64,000 nucleotides of DNA, taken from an uncultured Christensenellaceae bacterium. GTDB taxonomy: Bacteria; Bacillota; Clostridia; Christensenellales; SZUA-584. This document shows positions 60,378-64,000 of this stretch, piece after piece. Positions within the stretch are counted from its first letter, which is position 1. Each line of letters begins with the position of its first letter. A program made the position numbers and the translations under genes. Below the pieces are notes generated by a model. It worked only from the letters and a program-made list of their open reading frames with translations. It was not told the DNA's origin and did not search any database. Location: assembly GCA_964441275.1 (NCBI GenBank), contig CAYTUG010000006.1, forward strand, positions 11,739-75,738. Reading direction: 5' to 3'.

Positions 60378-61772
60378 ATTATGAGCGTTTTCTTGCCGGT
60401 ACAGGGCGGCTTGCTCTCTGTTTAGGGAATATCTTTTTACGAAAATAAATGCACAGATAAAACACACAAAAAAGCCTATGGGCATAATTAAACCGATTCT
60501 GATATAAACAGAATGCGGCTGAACGGACTGTTGCGGGTTAAAACCAAAAACATCAAGCAGTAAGCCAGAGATAAAAATAGCAAAAGCTTGTGAAAGCTTA
60601 AATAAAAACGTTGTGCACCCGAAAAACACGCCTTCTTTGCGCGTGCCGGTTTTATACGCGTTTTTGTCTATGGTATCGGCAATCATAGAGTAAGGCAAAG
60701 CAATGCTGCCTCCCATAGACAATCCGATAAGAACGGCCAAAGGCAGAACGAGCAAATAGCGACTCGAAAGCCATTCACTAAAGATTACGCACACTAAAAA
60801 AGCAACGGATACCGCTATGTTTATGGAAAGACAGCTAAGAAGCGCTTTTTGCTTTTCTGTTTTGTTTGCCACGTAAGCCCAAAGCGGCTGCGCCAAAAGC
60901 GTGGCGGCAAACAAAGAACCAAAAACAATGCTTATCTCGCGGCTTGAAAAGCCAAACGTATATGTAAACACATGCATCCCGATTGCGCCAACTATGCTCA
61001 TTGCAATATTTACAAACATAAGGCCAAGGCTTGCGTTGCGAAAGTCTTCACACTTAAGCGCCTGGGCGGACTCTGTAAAGATACCGCTAAAAGAAGTTGC
61101 GGTATTTTGTACGGCTGTGCTTCTGTGACGGCGCAGCGTTAAGCCTATGCAAATTGCGGCGAATACCAAAATCAATATTGAGCCTGTAATGCCCAAATAG
61201 CTATACGCCTGCGGGTTTAGTTGACCGTTGGCAAAATCCGGCGTCGGCTTGAAAAAAACGCCCATCCCGGCTATAAGCGGAAACATAAACCCCAAAAAAT
61301 AGAATGCGGTCCTGTACGATTGTATTACGGTGCGCTCGTTGTAGTCTCTTGAAAGCTCGGCGCCCAGCGCCAAAAACGGAGTTGTATAAACGGTGGAAAA
61401 GCTTTTATTCATTATCAGAAACAATGCAAGCAAAGCGGTTTTTAAGAATCCGGATTGTTTTGGGTCGATATTAAAAAGCAGGTAGTTAAACAGCGCAAGC
61501 CCTATCGCACCCGTAAAGACATAAAACAGGCGTCTTCCCAATACTATTTTGTTGTTGGTATGGTCTGAAATATAGCCCATCACGGGGTCTGTAAGAGCGT
61601 CCCAAAGCACACTTGCAGAAATTATTACGCCTGTGACTGTGCCGCTTATGCCCAATACGCTTGTAGAATAAAAAGTTAAACACATTGAAATAAGCTGGAA
61701 CGGTATAGCATACGATAACGTACCTATACCGTAACCAAACCTTACCCTGTTAGAAAGAGAGTTGTTTTTCAT
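60363..61772 (-). CDS. MFS transporter (GPH sugar:cation symporter-like)
   Basis: 469 aa with about 12 TM helices. 'FGYGIGTLSYAIPFQLISMCLTFYST' and 'WDALTDPVMGYISD' are typical of the GPH family. Confidence 0.8.
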   Translation of the reverse strand: MKNNSLSNRVRFGYGIGTLSYAIPFQLISMCLTFYSTSVLGISGTVTGVIISASVLWDALTDPVMGYISDHTNNKIVLGRRLFYVFTGAIGLALFNYLLFNIDPKQSGFLKTALLALFLIMNKSFSTVYTTPFLALGAELSRDYNERTVIQSYRTAFYFLGFMFPLIAGMGVFFKPTPDFANGQLNPQAYSYLGITGSILILVFAAICIGLTLRRHRSTAVQNTATSFSGIFTESAQALKCEDFRNASLGLMFVNIAMSIVGAIGMHVFTYTFGFSSREISIVFGSLFAATLLAQPLWAYVANKTEKQKALLSCLSINIAVSVAFLVCVIFSEWLSSRYLLVLPLAVLIGLSMGGSIALPYSMIADTIDKNAYKTGTRKEGVFFGCTTFLFKLSQAFAIFISGLLLDVFGFNPQQSVQPHSVYIRIGLIMPIGFFVCFICAFIFVKRYSLNREQAALYRQENAHNSNKI

Positions 61773-61902
61773 TGAAAGCCACCCGTTCAGTATGTATTAA
61801 GGCAAACATCCATAGAATATGCAGCAAGTAATTATTAAAATTATAAAAACGTGCAAGCAAATAAATAGAGCGCCTAAAAAAGACGCTCTTGCTCTGCTAA
61901 AT

Positions 61903-62178
61903 TTATCTTGCGAAGGCATCCTTGAATGCTTTGCCGGGCTTAAAAGCCGGAGAGCTGGAAGCGGGGATGTCAATCGATGCCCCTGTAGCCGGATTAACGC
62001 CTTTTCTTGCCGCCCTTTGACGCAGTTCAAAACAGCCAAAGCCTGTCCACTGAACTTTATCGCCGTTAGCTAAGGTTTCGGTGATAACCCCGGTTAGCGC
62101 AGCCAAACACGCATCGGTATCCTTTTTTGACAAGCCGGCTTTTTTTGCAACCGCATCGATCAAATCTGATTTGTTCAT
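61903..62178 (-). CDS. hup: HU family DNA-binding protein
   Basis: 91 aa: 'MNKSDLIDAVAKKAGLSKKDTDACLAAL...GFGCFELRQRAARKGVNPATG...PAFKPGKAFKDA'. Confidence 0.95.
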   Translation of the reverse strand: MNKSDLIDAVAKKAGLSKKDTDACLAALTGVITETLANGDKVQWTGFGCFELRQRAARKGVNPATGASIDIPASSSPAFKPGKAFKDAFAR

Positions 62179-62237
62179 TCAATAAATCCTCCTGATTATT
62201 TTAAATTTATTTTTTATCTCCGTAGTCAACCGGAAAC

Positions 62238-63644
62238 TTAAAAACTTCTTTTTACCGACTCCCACAGCTCGTCCAATGTTTTCAAATCGCTGTTTTTTAA
62301 ATCGATACCCTTGCAGAGCGCAATTTTTTCAACCTTGCCAAACCGATCTATAAACTTGTCGGTAGCTTTTTGCAGTGCCAGTTCCGGCTCAACCCCTAAC
62401 AGCCTGACAACATTGACGGCGGAGAACAGCAGATCGCCGGCTTCGATAAATATATTCTCGGTTTCAACGCTGTTTAAGGCTTCGCAAATCTCTTCCTTTA
62501 GCTTAAGGGCGGCCATGGCGGCATCTTTAAAATCAAACCCCGCATCGCCCGCCTTTTTTTGAACTTTATTGCTGCGTATAAGAGCCGGCATGCTTTTCGG
62601 GATAGCTTTAATCACATCCGAAACGCTGTGCTGCCCCCTCTCGTTTCTTTTAACCTTGTCCCAGTTTTGTATTACCGATTCGGGAGTATCGGCATGTGCA
62701 TCGGCAAATATGTGGGTGTGGCGCGATATCATCTTGTTGCATAGTGCCGTTGTAACGTCAAACACGTCAAAGTTGCCCTGCTGTTTTGCTATGCAGCTAT
62801 GAAATATTACCTGGAGCAACACATCGCCAAGCTCTTCACAAAGCCCGTCGGAATCTTCGTTGTCAATAGCCTCTATAACTTCGTAACATTCTTCTAAAAG
62901 GCAGCGTTTAAGACTATCATGAGTTTGCTCTCTGTCCCAGGCGCATTCTGTTCGCAGCATTGCCATAATAGCGAGCGAATCTGAAAAAGTAAAGCGTTTC
63001 TTTTGCACGGCAGGATATGCGGGCAATACTACACTCGTATAATAACCATATGTTTGCTGTGCGTCAAGACAAAAAAGAGGAATATGTTTCCCTGTCATAT
63101 TTTTTGTATCTGCAACAAAAACATCATGCTGTTCGCCGTACTGGCGCATAAGCTTTAGCTTTAACTCGCTTGCCAAAAGCTTTGAGCTTATCTCGTCAAC
63201 GACCACCGTAACGCTTGTATCCATCACCTGTTCGAAAGAGAATGCATTAAACACCGATACGCCCTTTATGCTATCTGCAACGCCCCAGGCAAAGGCGGCG
63301 CAAAGAGCCGCGTTTTCATATGGTATTACGGTTACCGTACCGCCACGCTGCCGAACAAGTTCGGCGGCAGCAAAAGCAATCCGGTTTGAGCATATGGCCC
63401 CGAGCGTAACAAAAAGCACATCTTCCCCCGATAGTTTTTCGGCCGCTTCGTTTATCAAACTGTCAAAATCGGAAGAACGGTTGTATAAACCGTCCAAGGT
63501 TTCATGCTTTATGCCCGCTTCGTCAAACGCCGAACCGATACCAGTTTGCAAAACTACCGATTTTGCCGACTTTGCAGCGTTTATTACTTCGTTGCTTACA
63601 TTGCCGTTTGCAGCCATCGCGCCTAAGCAAATGTGCATGTTCAA
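62238..63644 (-). CDS. mazG: YabN-type fusion: tetrapyrrole-methylase-like domain + MazG NTP pyrophosphohydrolase
   Basis: 468 aa. The C-terminal half has two MazG repeats ('LLEECYEVIEAI...LCEELGDVLLQVIFH', 'LKEEICEAL...IEAGDLLFSAVNV'). Confidence 0.85.
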   Translation of the reverse strand: MNMHICLGAMAANGNVSNEVINAAKSAKSVVLQTGIGSAFDEAGIKHETLDGLYNRSSDFDSLINEAAEKLSGEDVLFVTLGAICSNRIAFAAAELVRQRGGTVTVIPYENAALCAAFAWGVADSIKGVSVFNAFSFEQVMDTSVTVVVDEISSKLLASELKLKLMRQYGEQHDVFVADTKNMTGKHIPLFCLDAQQTYGYYTSVVLPAYPAVQKKRFTFSDSLAIMAMLRTECAWDREQTHDSLKRCLLEECYEVIEAIDNEDSDGLCEELGDVLLQVIFHSCIAKQQGNFDVFDVTTALCNKMISRHTHIFADAHADTPESVIQNWDKVKRNERGQHSVSDVIKAIPKSMPALIRSNKVQKKAGDAGFDFKDAAMAALKLKEEICEALNSVETENIFIEAGDLLFSAVNVVRLLGVEPELALQKATDKFIDRFGKVEKIALCKGIDLKNSDLKTLDELWESVKRSF

Positions 63645-64000
63645 TCCTCCCAGAACCCAAGCCTGTTTATAAAGCGTATTATGCGCCCTCCTCCCGGAAT
63701 GAATTCCATATCGTCCTTTTTAAGAGCGCCTGTAACAAACAGCATAGAGATATAAACCAATGCGGCCGTCGCAATGCAAGCGAGAACGGTTATGCTGTTG
63801 CTTAACTGTTGGCTAATCGAACGGTACATAAAATGCACCACCACACCCATCATCGCGGCGGAAATAACGGGCGCTAACAAGTCGGCAGCTATACGTATGC
63901 GCGCGCGGGTGCGTATCAAAACCACGACAATATTGACAATCGCAGCTATTCCGTAACAAGCGGCTGTCCCAATTGCCGCTCCGTTTACGTTGATTGACGG
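63641..64000 (-). CDS. MOP-superfamily flippase (YabM/SpoVB-like), 3' end only
   Basis: Hydrophobic C-terminal helices. The reading frame stays open to the window edge. Called partly from its position upstream of yabN, as in Bacillus yabM. Confidence 0.6.
   Translation of the reverse strand, partial: PSINVNGAAIGTAACYGIAAIVNIVVVLIRTRARIRIAADLLAPVISAAMMGVVVHFMYRSISQQLSNSITVLACIATAALVYISMLFVTGALKKDDMEFIPGGGRIIRFINRLGFWED

Overview
Mostly core-chromosome window from a spore-forming Firmicute, probably Clostridia-like. This is supported by a T-box leader, a Cheo-type SOS box, and yabP-yabQ-divIC and yabM-yabN-hup synteny. I saw no rRNA, tRNA, CRISPR array, transposase or integrase.

Gene order:
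- 0-8.3 kb: degenerate GGDEF/HD-GYP signalling protein; bactofilin plus an unrecognised membrane protein; TIM-barrel sugar-phosphate isomerase; CoA-disulfide-reductase/rhodanese homolog; WYL regulator; DUF342/FapA protein.
- 8.3-18.7 kb, minus strand: complete 11-gene type IV pilus locus (pilB-pilT-pilC-pilA-pilD, 3 minor pilins, pilM-pilN-pilO).
- 18.8-29.7 kb: lipoprotein; DUF3810; T-box::valS-folC; SOS-box::uvrB-uvrA.
- 29.9-37.5 kb: envelope locus of three tandem LtaS/EptA-like membrane phosphotransferase paralogs, a YidC-TagF fusion protein and a small membrane protein.
- 37.7-64 kb: hflK-hflC; DUF2156 plus Eis-like GNAT; F1Fo ATP synthase operon; TetR; SleB-like hydrolase; four-subunit 2-oxoacid:ferredoxin oxidoreductase; lipoprotein; mscL; secA-prfB; yabP-yabQ-divIC; Ppx/GppA; MFS transporter; hup; yabN/mazG; 3' end of a MOP flippase.

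Best candidates for something undescribed:
1. The YidC-TagF fusion and its paralog array, as a possible new glycerophosphate-type envelope polymer or modification system.
2. An ATP synthase with no free delta subunit, where only the delta C-terminal domain is present and is fused to alpha.
3. A PilK-like minor pilin ending in a nine-rung beta-helix with a cysteine ladder.
4. A CoADR-rhodanese homolog with both catalytic cysteines replaced by serine.

All family calls rest on motif recognition by eye. No database search was run.
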